From an uncultured Erysipelotrichaceae bacterium (GTDB lineage: Bacteria > Bacillota_I > Bacilli_A > Erysipelotrichales > Erysipelotrichaceae): 56,614 bases of DNA. The notes under the pieces were generated by a model, which saw nothing but the letters and a program-made list of their open reading frames with translations, did no database searches and was not told the DNA's origin. Location of the stretch: positions 1 to 56,614 of the forward strand of contig CASFOT010000138.1 of assembly GCA_949296305.1 (NCBI GenBank). Reading direction: 5' to 3'. The position numbers and the translations under genes were made by a program. Below are positions 29,464 to 40,902 of this stretch, piece after piece. Numbering within the stretch: position 1 is the stretch's first letter; every line of letters starts with the position of its first letter.

Positions 29464-31190
29464 GCTCTCTTCTCCTTGATTTCATTTACAAATGCTTCAA
29501 CAGCTTCTGCCAATGGAAGCGTAACGCTTTCTTTATGCTGTGAACGACGGATCGTTACCGTACCGGCTTCACATTCTCCTTCGCCAACTACGATTTGCAC
29601 CGGAACTTTTGCTAACTGCGCTTCACGAACGCGATAACCTAATTTTTCATTTCGATCATCTACATGACAACGAATGCCCGCTTGGCAAAGTGCCTCATAT
29701 ACTTTTTGTGCATATTCACCGTGTTTATCACCTAATACAGGAATGATCTCAACCTGTTTCGGCGCAAGCCACATTGGGAAATGTCCACCATAATGTTCGA
29801 TCAAGATTCCGATAAAACGCTCGATCGATCCATAGATCACGCGGTGCAGCATTACTGGACGAACCTTTTTACCTTCATTATCAACATATGTACAATCAAA
29901 GCGCTCTGGCAGATTCATATCCATCTGGATCGTTCCACACTGCCAAACACGTCCTAAGCTGTCTTTGATGTGGAAATCCAATTTTGGTCCGTAAAAAGCA
30001 CCATCACCTTCGTTGATATGATACGTTTTACCTGCCGCAACACAAGCATCACCTAATGCTTTCTCACACTGATCCCAAACAGCAATTTCTCCCATGAAAT
30101 CCTCTGGTCGTGTTGAAAGCTCAATATCATAAGTCAAACCAAAAATCGAATACATACGGTCAATAAAACGAATCAGACGTTTCACTTCTTCTTCTACTTG
30201 GTCCGGTCGCATGAACAGATGTGCATCATCTTGCGTAAATGTACGCACACGGAACAATCCGTTCAATGCTCCACTAGCTTCGTGGCGATGCACCTGCCCC
30301 AATTCACCTACACGCAACGGCAGATCCTTATATGAGTGCAGCCCATTGTTATAGACAAGCATCGCTCCTGGACAGTTCATCGGTTTGATGGCAAACTCGC
30401 GATCATCAACCATGGTTGTATACATATTTTCTTTGTAGTGATCCCAATGTCCGCTTGTTTCCCACAATTCTTTGCTCATCATGATTGGTGTCTTGATGAA
30501 CTGATATCCTTCTTTCGTATGTTCTTCATACCAGAATTGTTCTAAAACATTACGCATGATCATTCCATTCGGAAGGAAGATCGGCATCCCTGCTGCATAT
30601 TCACTCATCATGAATAAACCAAGTTCACGCCCCAATTTCTTATGATCTCGTTTTTTAGCTTCTTCCAGCAACTGCAGATGTTCTTCCAGGTCTTCTTTGG
30701 TTTCAAAGCAGACACCATATACACGCTGCAGCATCTGATTATTGGCATCGCCTTTCCAATAAGCACCCGAGTGTTTTAACAGCTTAAAATTTTTGCATTG
30801 TTTCACTGTCTCAACATGCGGACCGCGGCAAAGATCAACAAATTCTCCTTGTCGATAGATGGTAATATTTCCATCATCCAGACCTTCGATCAGATCCAGC
30901 TTATATGGATCATCTTTAAACATTTCTAAAGCATCGGCCTTTGAAATTTCTTCACGAACGATGCGTTTGCCATCTTTTGCAATTTTTTTCATTTCTTTTT
31001 CAATCAAGACAAGATCTTCATCCGTGATTTTTTTATCTCCCAGGTCCATGTCATAATAAAAACCTTCTGATACGACAGGTCCTACCCAAAATTTTGCCTG
31101 TGGATAAAGACGTTTCACCGCCTGTGCCATCATGTGCGCACAGGAATGATTCAATGTGCTCAATTGTTCATTTTCTTTGATATCGATCAT
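29460..31190 (-). CDS. thrS: Threonine--tRNA ligase (no N-terminal TGS domain)
   Basis: HSCAH, DLCRGPH, RDHKKLG, KPMNCP, RVRTFTQDDAH, GAFYGPKLD, HRVIYGSIERF. Confidence 0.98.
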   Translation of the reverse strand: MIDIKENEQLSTLNHSCAHMMAQAVKRLYPQAKFWVGPVVSEGFYYDMDLGDKKITDEDLVLIEKEMKKIAKDGKRIVREEISKADALEMFKDDPYKLDLIEGLDDGNITIYRQGEFVDLCRGPHVETVKQCKNFKLLKHSGAYWKGDANNQMLQRVYGVCFETKEDLEEHLQLLEEAKKRDHKKLGRELGLFMMSEYAAGMPIFLPNGMIMRNVLEQFWYEEHTKEGYQFIKTPIMMSKELWETSGHWDHYKENMYTTMVDDREFAIKPMNCPGAMLVYNNGLHSYKDLPLRVGELGQVHRHEASGALNGLFRVRTFTQDDAHLFMRPDQVEEEVKRLIRFIDRMYSIFGLTYDIELSTRPEDFMGEIAVWDQCEKALGDACVAAGKTYHINEGDGAFYGPKLDFHIKDSLGRVWQCGTIQMDMNLPERFDCTYVDNEGKKVRPVMLHRVIYGSIERFIGILIEHYGGHFPMWLAPKQVEIIPVLGDKHGEYAQKVYEALCQAGIRCHVDDRNEKLGYRVREAQLAKVPVQIVVGEGECEAGTVTIRRSQHKESVTLPLAEAVEAFVNEIKEKRA

Positions 31191-31208
31191 TTTCATCATC
31201 CTTTCCAT

Positions 31209-31418
31209 AAAAAAAGACAGAAGTCAAAGGACGTTCTGTCAACCGCGGTACCACCTTTGTTCATGTATGTCTCATACATGCCCTCTCATCCGTTAACGCC
31301 GGCAACGGCCCTCTTTTCAGGGGCAACTCCAAGGTAGTAAGCACAGGCATCTTTCAAAAGGCTTGCACCATCCGCCTTCTCTCTTCATGCGATCACCTGT
31401 TCCCATGTCCTTTTCTCT
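31209..31418 (-). promoter_or_regulatory. T-box riboswitch (Thr)
   Basis: AAGGTGGTACCGCG at about 31257-31244, GACAGAA..TTCTGTC terminator with a U-run, and Thr codon ACT (31338-31336) at the position equivalent to ATC in the ileS leader. Confidence 0.92.
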
Positions 31419-31589
31419 GTTGATATTATTATCATAATCATTCACAAAATCATTGTCAATCCATTTGATAAAAGTTCCATGATTTCTTACAAAGAAAAGG
31501 ATCTGATACATTTCGATCTTTAAATGCTTCAGATCGATTCAGTCGAACAATGTTCGAAGCACAATATCCATGTATAGATCCTGCTCTAT

Positions 31590-33449
31590 TTACTTCTTCC
31601 TTTTTGGCAGAAGCCTGCGTAATGAAAAGTGTAAAAATCCTGCTTGTTTGATTGGCGGACGATAAAGTGTATTTTGTTTCATATAATAGAAACAATAATG
31701 GAAGGTGTGCCAAAACAAAAACGTATTAAAATGATCATATTCTTGCATCCCATCATACCATTGTGGCTGTTCCACTTCCAAATGTTCAAATTTTTTAGCC
31801 CAGATATCTGCCAGTCCCAATACATATGCATAAGGCAACATCTCTTGGAATAATTTTGGATTTCTTGAATTAAACTTGAGCAATTGCGGCTGCTCTACTG
31901 TTTCAATGAATTCTCGAATGCCTAAGATCTGAGATTTCCATTCATTTCCTTTCTGTGTTCGTTTATCCATGTACAGCATACAGAAGAACAATGCAAACGT
32001 AATGACCAGATAAATGACCAAAGCAAACCTTTTGATGCCATACAAATACAAAGTCACCGAGTTAAATGTCAACAAGATGAATGCGATAATCACCAAAACC
32101 GCTATCCGCAAATAAAATTGCTTTGCTTCAAGCGTAAAACGATGACGTATGAGATATACCCAGCCAATCAGATCAAGGCCTAATAACAAAGTAGGAACCA
32201 TACTGCGTACAGAGAGTTCCCAAAGCTCAAAACGAGCATAGGTCATCAACCACACATATACGAAAGATGGCAGCAGTGTAACGATGACCATACAGCCTTG
32301 CAAAAACAACGAACTGTCTGTATAGACCTGTCGACGATTTTTCTTTGTAAAAGAACGTTCTAATAAATGTTTCGACCTTTCTAACGAAAACGCAACACGA
32401 GCTTCTCTTAATTCATCTTGATTCACCATGTTATTGTTTTGGAATATCGAATCAAAAAGCTCTCGTTCAAACGGTTTAGCATTCAAATCATTCATCTCTC
32501 GCAGCTTTTCCAATTCAAATGTCTCACCATGATCATGAATCATCAGAAAACCACGATTTCCCCAATCGATGAACAACGATAGAAGATCATCATCACGAGC
32601 AAAACGCTCCATGATATAGCCAATTTCCGTACTGCTGATGTCTTTTGGAACTTCTGTCTGGACATCAACAAAGACTTCTTGATCTCGGCCGAACCGCCAG
32701 AAAACCAAGCCGACCACACACATAAGCAAAAGAGAAAAAATAGAAGCAATCAAATTTCCATTGAGTGCTTGCGGAAACTGAAAATAATCTTTTGGCAAGT
32801 TGATTTTGATCGTAGCCATTTCGTTGTTTTCAAGTGGCTGTAACAGGTCTCCGCTGATCACATTGCCGTTCACCTGCATACTCAATGTATTCTTCACATC
32901 TCCATATTTACCTGTATTCGCATAGACTTCCTGTGGGTCGAAAGCCTTCGGCATCTCAATCTCATAATGCAAATGCTCTACTTTCGCATCTAGATTGGTC
33001 ACTAATGTCCAATATAGCATCTGTGTATGATCTGCCATATTCAGATCACTTGTCTGCACAGTATACGATATGGAAAAAGTCTGCTTGCCATTCAGCTGAT
33101 TCCCTTTTTCTCCCATCGTAACGATCGACCCTTCTTCGTTTCGTTCAACAGATAATAAACGGTCTCCCTGAATGTCACTCACAGGAAAATAGTAATCCTG
33201 ATATACGATTCCCTGCGTAGTCGTCATCGGAATATGGTATGTAGAAGTAATACTGCGGACAAAGCTGCTTCGATAATAGTTAAAATTTAAATCATATTCT
33301 TCAGAAACAAAAAGTTTTCCATCTTCTTGTACTTGAATGGTGATATTCAGATCTTCGATCGTGTATGCCTCTACTGCTTTCGCTTGTTTCGGAAACAAAG
33401 CAAACAGAAATAACAGCAGACAGATCATGGTACATGCTTTTCTGCGCAT
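31590..33449 (-). CDS. DUF2207 family membrane protein
   Basis: Signal peptide, YTI....I.I.V..DG...VSE, LYW, TM helices, RT..G..., LPYAYVLG...W. Confidence 0.85.
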   Translation of the reverse strand: MRRKACTMICLLLFLFALFPKQAKAVEAYTIEDLNITIQVQEDGKLFVSEEYDLNFNYYRSSFVRSITSTYHIPMTTTQGIVYQDYYFPVSDIQGDRLLSVERNEEGSIVTMGEKGNQLNGKQTFSISYTVQTSDLNMADHTQMLYWTLVTNLDAKVEHLHYEIEMPKAFDPQEVYANTGKYGDVKNTLSMQVNGNVISGDLLQPLENNEMATIKINLPKDYFQFPQALNGNLIASIFSLLLMCVVGLVFWRFGRDQEVFVDVQTEVPKDISSTEIGYIMERFARDDDLLSLFIDWGNRGFLMIHDHGETFELEKLREMNDLNAKPFERELFDSIFQNNNMVNQDELREARVAFSLERSKHLLERSFTKKNRRQVYTDSSLFLQGCMVIVTLLPSFVYVWLMTYARFELWELSVRSMVPTLLLGLDLIGWVYLIRHRFTLEAKQFYLRIAVLVIIAFILLTFNSVTLYLYGIKRFALVIYLVITFALFFCMLYMDKRTQKGNEWKSQILGIREFIETVEQPQLLKFNSRNPKLFQEMLPYAYVLGLADIWAKKFEHLEVEQPQWYDGMQEYDHFNTFLFWHTFHYCFYYMKQNTLYRPPIKQAGFLHFSLRRLLPKRKK

Positions 33450-33546
33450 ATCATCATCCTTTCTTCTCTTCTTTTTTCAGTATATCATTGATTGGTTTTA
33501 TGAACAACTGCAAATCCATGGAACAGAGGTTACAAAATGCTGCTGA

Positions 33547-34782
33547 TCATTGAAATTCCTTCGTAAAATTTCCGTCTTGCATGATCATGATTTCGTTTGT
33601 TCCACAAAGGCCTTTCACACAGAGATCCTTTGTACCAAACATGAAATCCACGTGTGCCATCGACTGGTTTGCTCCCGCCTTCAACAAGGCATCTTTCTCC
33701 ATGGAAAGGCCGCCTTGCAGACAAGATGGATAAGAGTCTCCCAAAGCCAGATGGCAAGAAGCATTTTCATCAAACAAAGTATTATAAAAGAGCAGATTTG
33801 ACAAAGAGATCGGCGAATCATATGGTACTAAAGCCACTTCTCCTAAACGATTGCTGTTTTCATCAAAAGATAAAAGAGAAGCTAACGTTTCTTTTCCATT
33901 TTTAGCATCAAATCCAACTACTTTTCCATCTTTAAAACGCAGATAAAAGTCAGTGATCAGCACACCGTTGTAGTCAAGCGGTTTGCTCGCATAGACGATT
34001 CCATCTACTTTACTGCGGTGGGGCATCGTAAAAACTTCTTCGGTAGGCATATTTGCATTAAAAGAGACACCATTGCTTGTTGTCTCACTTCCGCCTTCCC
34101 ACAAATGGTCATCAACTAAATGAACACGTAAATCTGTTCCTAAAGCATTTCTGAAGTGCAGCGCCTGAAAACGATATGCATTCAATTTCTCTACACGCTT
34201 ATGGAAGAGCGCATTCCGTTTATTCCAGCATTCGATTGCATCCTGATGACCATCTACATGTACGCTTGCTAAGATTGCATCCCACAATTTCCGGATAGCT
34301 TCTTCTTGAGAACAATCCGGAAAAACGTTCATTGCCCACTGTGGGCTCGGCACGGCAATGATGCACCATGCACAAATATTGTTCATCGTATATTTCTGTA
34401 TTTCTTCGCTTGCTTTCGCATAAGCCAGACGTGCCTGAGCAATTCGTCTAGGATCGCAATCTGCAAAAATACCCGGGGTATCTGTTACGATGTGCAATAC
34501 ACAAGCGCCTTCTTTCAAATAATCCAAGCGGGACTCCAATTCCCAATCATGAATCGTAGTCAGCGTTTCTTCTGATTGATATAAATAATGCAGACGAGAC
34601 AACTTCTCATCACCATAACGAACGACCACCTCTTTTGCGCCATATCGATAAGCTTCTTCACAAACGATCTGTACGAATGAAGCAGCCATGACATCCGCAT
34701 GGATCATCAGCGTCTGTCCTTTTTGCAAATGAACCCCACTGACCAAAGCCAACTGTGCATATTGACGTAATTTATTTTCCAT
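33547..34782 (-). CDS. Aminopeptidase, M29 family (PepS/AmpS)
   Basis: ANMPTEEVFT, LGEVALV, YNTLFDENASCHLALG, NQS.AHVDFM. Confidence 0.95.
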   Translation of the reverse strand: MENKLRQYAQLALVSGVHLQKGQTLMIHADVMAASFVQIVCEEAYRYGAKEVVVRYGDEKLSRLHYLYQSEETLTTIHDWELESRLDYLKEGACVLHIVTDTPGIFADCDPRRIAQARLAYAKASEEIQKYTMNNICAWCIIAVPSPQWAMNVFPDCSQEEAIRKLWDAILASVHVDGHQDAIECWNKRNALFHKRVEKLNAYRFQALHFRNALGTDLRVHLVDDHLWEGGSETTSNGVSFNANMPTEEVFTMPHRSKVDGIVYASKPLDYNGVLITDFYLRFKDGKVVGFDAKNGKETLASLLSFDENSNRLGEVALVPYDSPISLSNLLFYNTLFDENASCHLALGDSYPSCLQGGLSMEKDALLKAGANQSMAHVDFMFGTKDLCVKGLCGTNEIMIMQDGNFTKEFQ

Positions 34783-34867
34783 AAGTATTCCTCCATTTTT
34801 GTTAGTATAACACAAATATCTTGATCCATCAGTTCATCAAAAGGAAAAAGACAGCTGTCAGCCGTCC

Positions 34868-35647
34868 TCATCCTAATGCAACATCAAGCATCATCATCAC
34901 TGCAAAACCTAAAGAAAAACCAATCGTTGCTAAATTGCTATGCTCTCCTTGTGAAGCTTCTGGAATCAATTCCTCAACCACCACATACATCATAGCTCCC
35001 GCTGCAAAAGACAGCAAAACAGGCAAAGCCGGAACTAAATAATGGGATAGCGCCAACACAAGCAAACCTGCGAAAGGTTCAACAACACCACTGGCAGTTC
35101 CATATAAAAATGCTTTCTTTCGATTCATTCCATTTTCACTTCGCAAAGGCAAAGAGATGATGGCTCCTTCGGGAAAATTTTGAATAGCGATCCCGATCGA
35201 CAATGCAAAAGCTGCAGCAAGCGATATCTCGTTTCCACTGCTCAACAACCCAACAAACACAGCACCAACAGCCATACCTTCCGGAATATTATGCAAGGTT
35301 ACCGCAAGCAATAACATCGTCGTACGCTTAAGTGAAGCTTTTTGTCCCTCTGCTTTCTCACTTCCTAAGTGAAGATGCGGAACAAGCCAATCTAAAAATA
35401 ACAGAAACAAGATTCCGATAAAAAATCCGAAGACAGCAGGCAGAAATGCCCATTTTCCTAAATTCTCTGATAATTCCATCGCTGGTATCAACAATGACCA
35501 AACCGAAGCAGCAATCATTACACCGCTCGCAAAACCAAGCAACGCTTTCTGCACATTCATATGAAGCTGATTACGAACAAAGAACACACAGGCAGCTCCC
35601 GCTGTCGTTCCGATCAAAGGGATGATCAAGCCTAAAAAAATATTCAT
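34868..35647 (-). CDS. ZIP family (ZupT/GufA) metal transporter
   Basis: GFASGVMIAASVWSLL, VTLHNIPEG, IAIQNFPEG, VVEELIPE. Confidence 0.93.
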   Translation of the reverse strand: MNIFLGLIIPLIGTTAGAACVFFVRNQLHMNVQKALLGFASGVMIAASVWSLLIPAMELSENLGKWAFLPAVFGFFIGILFLLFLDWLVPHLHLGSEKAEGQKASLKRTTMLLLAVTLHNIPEGMAVGAVFVGLLSSGNEISLAAAFALSIGIAIQNFPEGAIISLPLRSENGMNRKKAFLYGTASGVVEPFAGLLVLALSHYLVPALPVLLSFAAGAMMYVVVEELIPEASQGEHSNLATIGFSLGFAVMMMLDVALG

Positions 35648-35834
35648 TTATTTGCTCCTTTCGTCTCTTTATCTTATGCTATCGTTCTCATTTTGGTTTT
35701 TGACGATCCATATTTTTTCTTACTATACCATTGCTTTGTATCATTTTACAACGATGATGCTTTCTCCTTTGTATACCGCGACAAACATCAAAAAAGCAGA
35801 CAAATTCGATTGTCTGCTCTTATAGCTCCTTTTG

Positions 35835-37265
35835 TTATACGTTGATCTGTGCGTGAATGCCTAACACTGTCTTTTCTTTTTCTAAAATTGGATCAATATA
35901 TTCTGCAAAGAACTCTTCTGTCTGCTGTACGCTGCGCCCAACAAAGTTTGCTGGCTTCATCACTTTTTGAAGATCCTCTAAAGTAACCGGGAAGCGCGGA
36001 TCATCTGCGATACGCTGTAATAGATCGTTTGGTTTCCCCTCTTCTTTGACGACCCGCCCTGCAGCCATAGAATGCACACGAATCGCTTCATGAAGTTCCT
36101 GACGGTCACCACCTACTTTAACGCAATCCATCATGATGTTTTCTGTTGCCATGAATGGCAATTCATTCATCAGATGAGCCTCGATGACTTTTGGATAAAC
36201 GACCAAACCTTCTGTAATATTTAAATATAGATCCAAGATTCCATCGATCGCTAAGAATGCTTCTGGAATTGAAATACGCTTATTTGCCGAATCATCCAGC
36301 GTACGTTCAAACCATTGTGTTGCTGCTGTAATTGCAGGATTCATCGCGTCGCTGATCACATAGTTCGCCAGTGAGGCCATTCGTTCACTGCGCATCGGAT
36401 TTCGTTTGTAAGCCATTGCGCTTGATCCGATCTGGCTCTTTTCAAATGGCTCTTCTACTTCCTTCAAATGCTGTAATAGACGAATATCATTTGAAAATTT
36501 ATGTGCACTTTGTGCAATAGAACTTAGCACATGCAGCACGCGCGTATCATATTTACGAGAATAGGTCTGTGTCGATACAGGGAAACATTCTTTGTATCCC
36601 ATTTTTTCTGCAATCAACTGGTCAAGCTTTTTTACTTTTTCGCTGTCTTTATCAAAAAGCTCCATAAAGCTTGCTTGTGTTCCTGTCGTTCCTTTGCAGC
36701 CTAACAATTTTTTATGTTCTAACAGATATGTGATCTCTTCATAATCCATCAACAGATCCTGAGCCCAAATACTAGCTCTTTTTCCTAATGTTGTCGGCTG
36801 TGCAGGTTGGAAATGAGTAAAAGCCAGCACAGGAAGATCCTTATAATGCAGGGCAAATTTTTCCAACTGTGCCATGACATTGACCAGTTTATTTTTTACT
36901 AGCTGGAGTGCTTCATGCATGATGATCAAATCGGTGTTATCACCTACATAACAGCTGGTAGCACCAAGATGAATGATTCCTTTCGCTTTTGGACATTGGC
37001 AGCCATACGCATATACATGGCTCATCACATCATGGCGGACTTCTTTTTCACGCTGTTTAGCTACTTCATAATTGATATCATCTTTATGGGCAATCAATTC
37101 ATTGATTTGCTCATCAGTGATATCCAATCCCAGCTCCTGCTCACTTTGCGCCAAAGCGATCCACAGACGGCGCCAAGTACGAAATTTCTTATCATTTGAA
37201 AACAGCTGCTGCATCTCTTTGCTGGCATAACGCTGTGCCAGCGGACTTTGATAGATATCGTTCAT
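35835..37265 (-). CDS. purB: Adenylosuccinate lyase
   Basis: SPLAQRYAS, RHDVM, HLGATS, THFQPAQ, GSSAMAYKRNPMRSE. Confidence 0.97.
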   Translation of the reverse strand: MNDIYQSPLAQRYASKEMQQLFSNDKKFRTWRRLWIALAQSEQELGLDITDEQINELIAHKDDINYEVAKQREKEVRHDVMSHVYAYGCQCPKAKGIIHLGATSCYVGDNTDLIIMHEALQLVKNKLVNVMAQLEKFALHYKDLPVLAFTHFQPAQPTTLGKRASIWAQDLLMDYEEITYLLEHKKLLGCKGTTGTQASFMELFDKDSEKVKKLDQLIAEKMGYKECFPVSTQTYSRKYDTRVLHVLSSIAQSAHKFSNDIRLLQHLKEVEEPFEKSQIGSSAMAYKRNPMRSERMASLANYVISDAMNPAITAATQWFERTLDDSANKRISIPEAFLAIDGILDLYLNITEGLVVYPKVIEAHLMNELPFMATENIMMDCVKVGGDRQELHEAIRVHSMAAGRVVKEEGKPNDLLQRIADDPRFPVTLEDLQKVMKPANFVGRSVQQTEEFFAEYIDPILEKEKTVLGIHAQINV

Positions 37266-37278
37266 TGAACCCTCACCC

Positions 37279-37989
37279 TTATTTATCTAAGCCTAAACGG
37301 CGGTAAACTTCCTGATAAGCGCCTTCGGCATCACCTAAATCGCGACGGAAACGATCTTTATCTAAATGATCATGTGTCTTCATATCCCAATAACGGCAAG
37401 TATCAGGTGAAATTTCATCCGCTAAGATAATTTCTCCATGATAACGGCCAAACTCCAATTTGAAATCGATCAATTCAATACCAATTTCCTTGAACACTTC
37501 CTGTAAGATTGCATTGATCTTAAATGCCATATCAGTAATCTTTTCAATTTCTTCTTTTGTTGCCAACCCTAAAGCCAATGCCATATAAGAATTGATCAGC
37601 GGATCTCCTAAATCGTCATTTTTATAGCTGAATTCTAATGTCGAGCATTTTAGTTCTGTTCCTTCAGGAACACCTAAACGCTTAGAAAAGCTTCCTGCTG
37701 CTTTGTTACGAATGATCACTTCCAGCGGAACGATTTCAACTTTCTTTACGACCGTACGACGATCATCCAGTTCTTCCACATAATGTGTTGAAATTCCTTT
37801 CTCTTCCAAAATCTTACAAAGATGGTTGCTCATGCGATTATTCACAATGCCCTTGCCGACGATCGTACCTTTTTTCAGACCATTGAATGCAGTTGCATCA
37901 TCTTTATAAGCAACGATCAAACAATCCGCATCTTCTGTTGTGAAAACCTTTTTTGCTTTTCCTTCGTACATCAATTCTAACTCTTTCAT
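37279..37989 (-). CDS. purC: SAICAR synthetase
   Basis: YEGKAK, PLEVIIRN, YKNDDLGDP, DFKLEFG, ADEISPD, DKDRFR. Confidence 0.97.
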   Translation of the reverse strand: MKELELMYEGKAKKVFTTEDADCLIVAYKDDATAFNGLKKGTIVGKGIVNNRMSNHLCKILEEKGISTHYVEELDDRRTVVKKVEIVPLEVIIRNKAAGSFSKRLGVPEGTELKCSTLEFSYKNDDLGDPLINSYMALALGLATKEEIEKITDMAFKINAILQEVFKEIGIELIDFKLEFGRYHGEIILADEISPDTCRYWDMKTHDHLDKDRFRRDLGDAEGAYQEVYRRLGLDK

Positions 37990-38017
37990 GTTTACCTCCG
38001 TCCTTCCTTCGACTCTA

Positions 38018-39378
<1,361 letters not shown>

Positions 39379-39435
39379 AATCATTTTCCAAGCTATAATC
39401 CAACAAAAAAAGGAAACTGGTCGTTCCCTTATTCA

Positions 39436-39864
39436 TCATACTCTGTAAACAAAATGATGAACACCTGTTTCATCTTTTGCGTAATCGTCATCATCTTCAA
39501 AACCACAAGAATAATAAAAACCTTTCAGCTCATCGATCTGCTCCTCATCACCATAAGCAATCACCTTGATCTCATCTTCTGGCTCAAAACAGCCTGCTAC
39601 CGTATAGATCAACTTTGTCGCCACGCTTTGATTGCGGTAATCTGGATGCACGGCAAGCATCGTCAAAGCTTTTTTCGCACGGTCAAACATCACAAAACCT
39701 TCTAACGTATCGTCATCCATACTGACAAATACTTCTCGTCGGTCAATTCCCTGCTGAAGATCTTCCTGAAATGAATTTTTTTTATAAGCCGTATAATCTT
39801 CTTTGATTGCATCGAACAAGTGTATGCACGATTCTGCATCTTCCTTTTTTGCATGTCGGATCAT
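39436..39864 (-). CDS. GNAT family N-acetyltransferase
   Basis: MIRHA...D, LAVHPDYRNQSVATKL, FYYSCGF. Confidence 0.85.
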   Translation of the reverse strand: MIRHAKKEDAESCIHLFDAIKEDYTAYKKNSFQEDLQQGIDRREVFVSMDDDTLEGFVMFDRAKKALTMLAVHPDYRNQSVATKLIYTVAGCFEPEDEIKVIAYGDEEQIDELKGFYYSCGFEDDDDYAKDETGVHHFVYRV

Positions 39865-39979
39865 GAATTCACTCTCCTTTAGATACTAACATGTTCATTC
39901 TAACGAAAACCTGTCATTCTTGCAAGTATTTTCTTTGATTTCCGCTGCATTGTATATTTTTACGCTTGTTGAACTTCTG

Positions 39980-40008
39980 TTGACGATATTGTACGTACAT
40001 AGTAAGAT
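39980..40008 (+). promoter_or_regulatory. treR promoter with a TreR-type operator in the spacer
   Basis: TTGACG-N17-TAAGAT with palindrome TGTACGTACA at 39990-39999. Confidence 0.7.
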
Positions 40009-40036
40009 ATTATATAAATAAAAAGGAGTGGCACAT

Positions 40037-40753
40037 ATGTCAAAATATGAGCAGATCTACCATAAGATCTTAAACAAGATCGAAAGTGGGGAATACCCTG
40101 TGGGAGAAACTCTTCCAGGCGAATTTGAACTGATGCGGATCTTCGATGCCTCTCGTGATACGATTCGCAAATCTTTATTATTATTAGTACAAAATGGTTA
40201 CATTCAAAAATCTCATGGGCGTGGTAGCATCGTATTAGATTTCAATCGATACGACTTCCCGGTTTCAGGCGTGATCAGTTTCAAAGAACTGGCATCACAG
40301 ATGAAAGAAACGGTCAGCACAGATGTTATTTGTTTTGAAAAGATACATCCGGATAAGCGAATGTCTCAGCTGTTCGGCATCAACAGTTCAGATTACATAT
40401 GGTTAATCCAACGTGTTCGGAAGATTGATCACGAAGCCGTTATTTTGGATACAGATTTTCTAAATGCCCAGATCATCACTGATCTAACAAAAGAAATTGC
40501 ACAAGATTCTTTATACACACACATAGAACAGACACTTGGGTTGACCATTGCGTATGCTCGTAAAGAGATCACATGTCAAAACATCAATGGTCAAGATGAA
40601 CAAGTGCTTGACTTAAAAAATCATAACATGGTCGTCAGTGTAGAATCCTGTACGTATTTAGATGATGCCCGTCTTTTTCAATTTACCTCCAGTCGGCATC
40701 GTCCAGATAAATTTCGTTTTATTGAATTTGCTCGCCGGCAAAAGCAAGTTTAG
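40037..40753 (+). CDS. treR: Trehalose operon repressor (GntR/HutC family)
   Basis: SRDTIRKSL..GYIQK..GRGSIV, FPVSGVISFKEL, SRHRPDKFRF.EFARR. Adjacent to treP and treC. Confidence 0.93.
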   Translation: MSKYEQIYHKILNKIESGEYPVGETLPGEFELMRIFDASRDTIRKSLLLLVQNGYIQKSHGRGSIVLDFNRYDFPVSGVISFKELASQMKETVSTDVICFEKIHPDKRMSQLFGINSSDYIWLIQRVRKIDHEAVILDTDFLNAQIITDLTKEIAQDSLYTHIEQTLGLTIAYARKEITCQNINGQDEQVLDLKNHNMVVSVESCTYLDDARLFQFTSSRHRPDKFRFIEFARRQKQV

Positions 40754-40826
40754 TTCTATTTTTTCAATATGGTCAAGTGTTTGCTTGACCTTTTTTTATT
40801 TTCTTCTGCAAAAGCCAAAAAACCGC

Positions 40827-40882
40827 TTGACATACATGTACGTACAAGATATACTGTAATCATTGTATAGATGTACGTACAT
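40827..40882 (+). promoter_or_regulatory. treP promoter with two TreR-type operators
   Basis: TTGACA(40827)-N17-TATACT(40850). TGTACGTACA palindromes at about 40837-40846 and 40872-40881. Confidence 0.8.
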
Positions 40883-40902
40883 GTAAACAGGAGGAAGAAA
40901 AA

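Noticed and set aside
31544-31558. TCGAAC-aat-GTTCGA palindrome resembling a Firmicute LexA box
   Set aside because: Spacer is 3 nt rather than the 4 nt of GAAC-N4-GTTC, and it lies well upstream of the thrS promoter.
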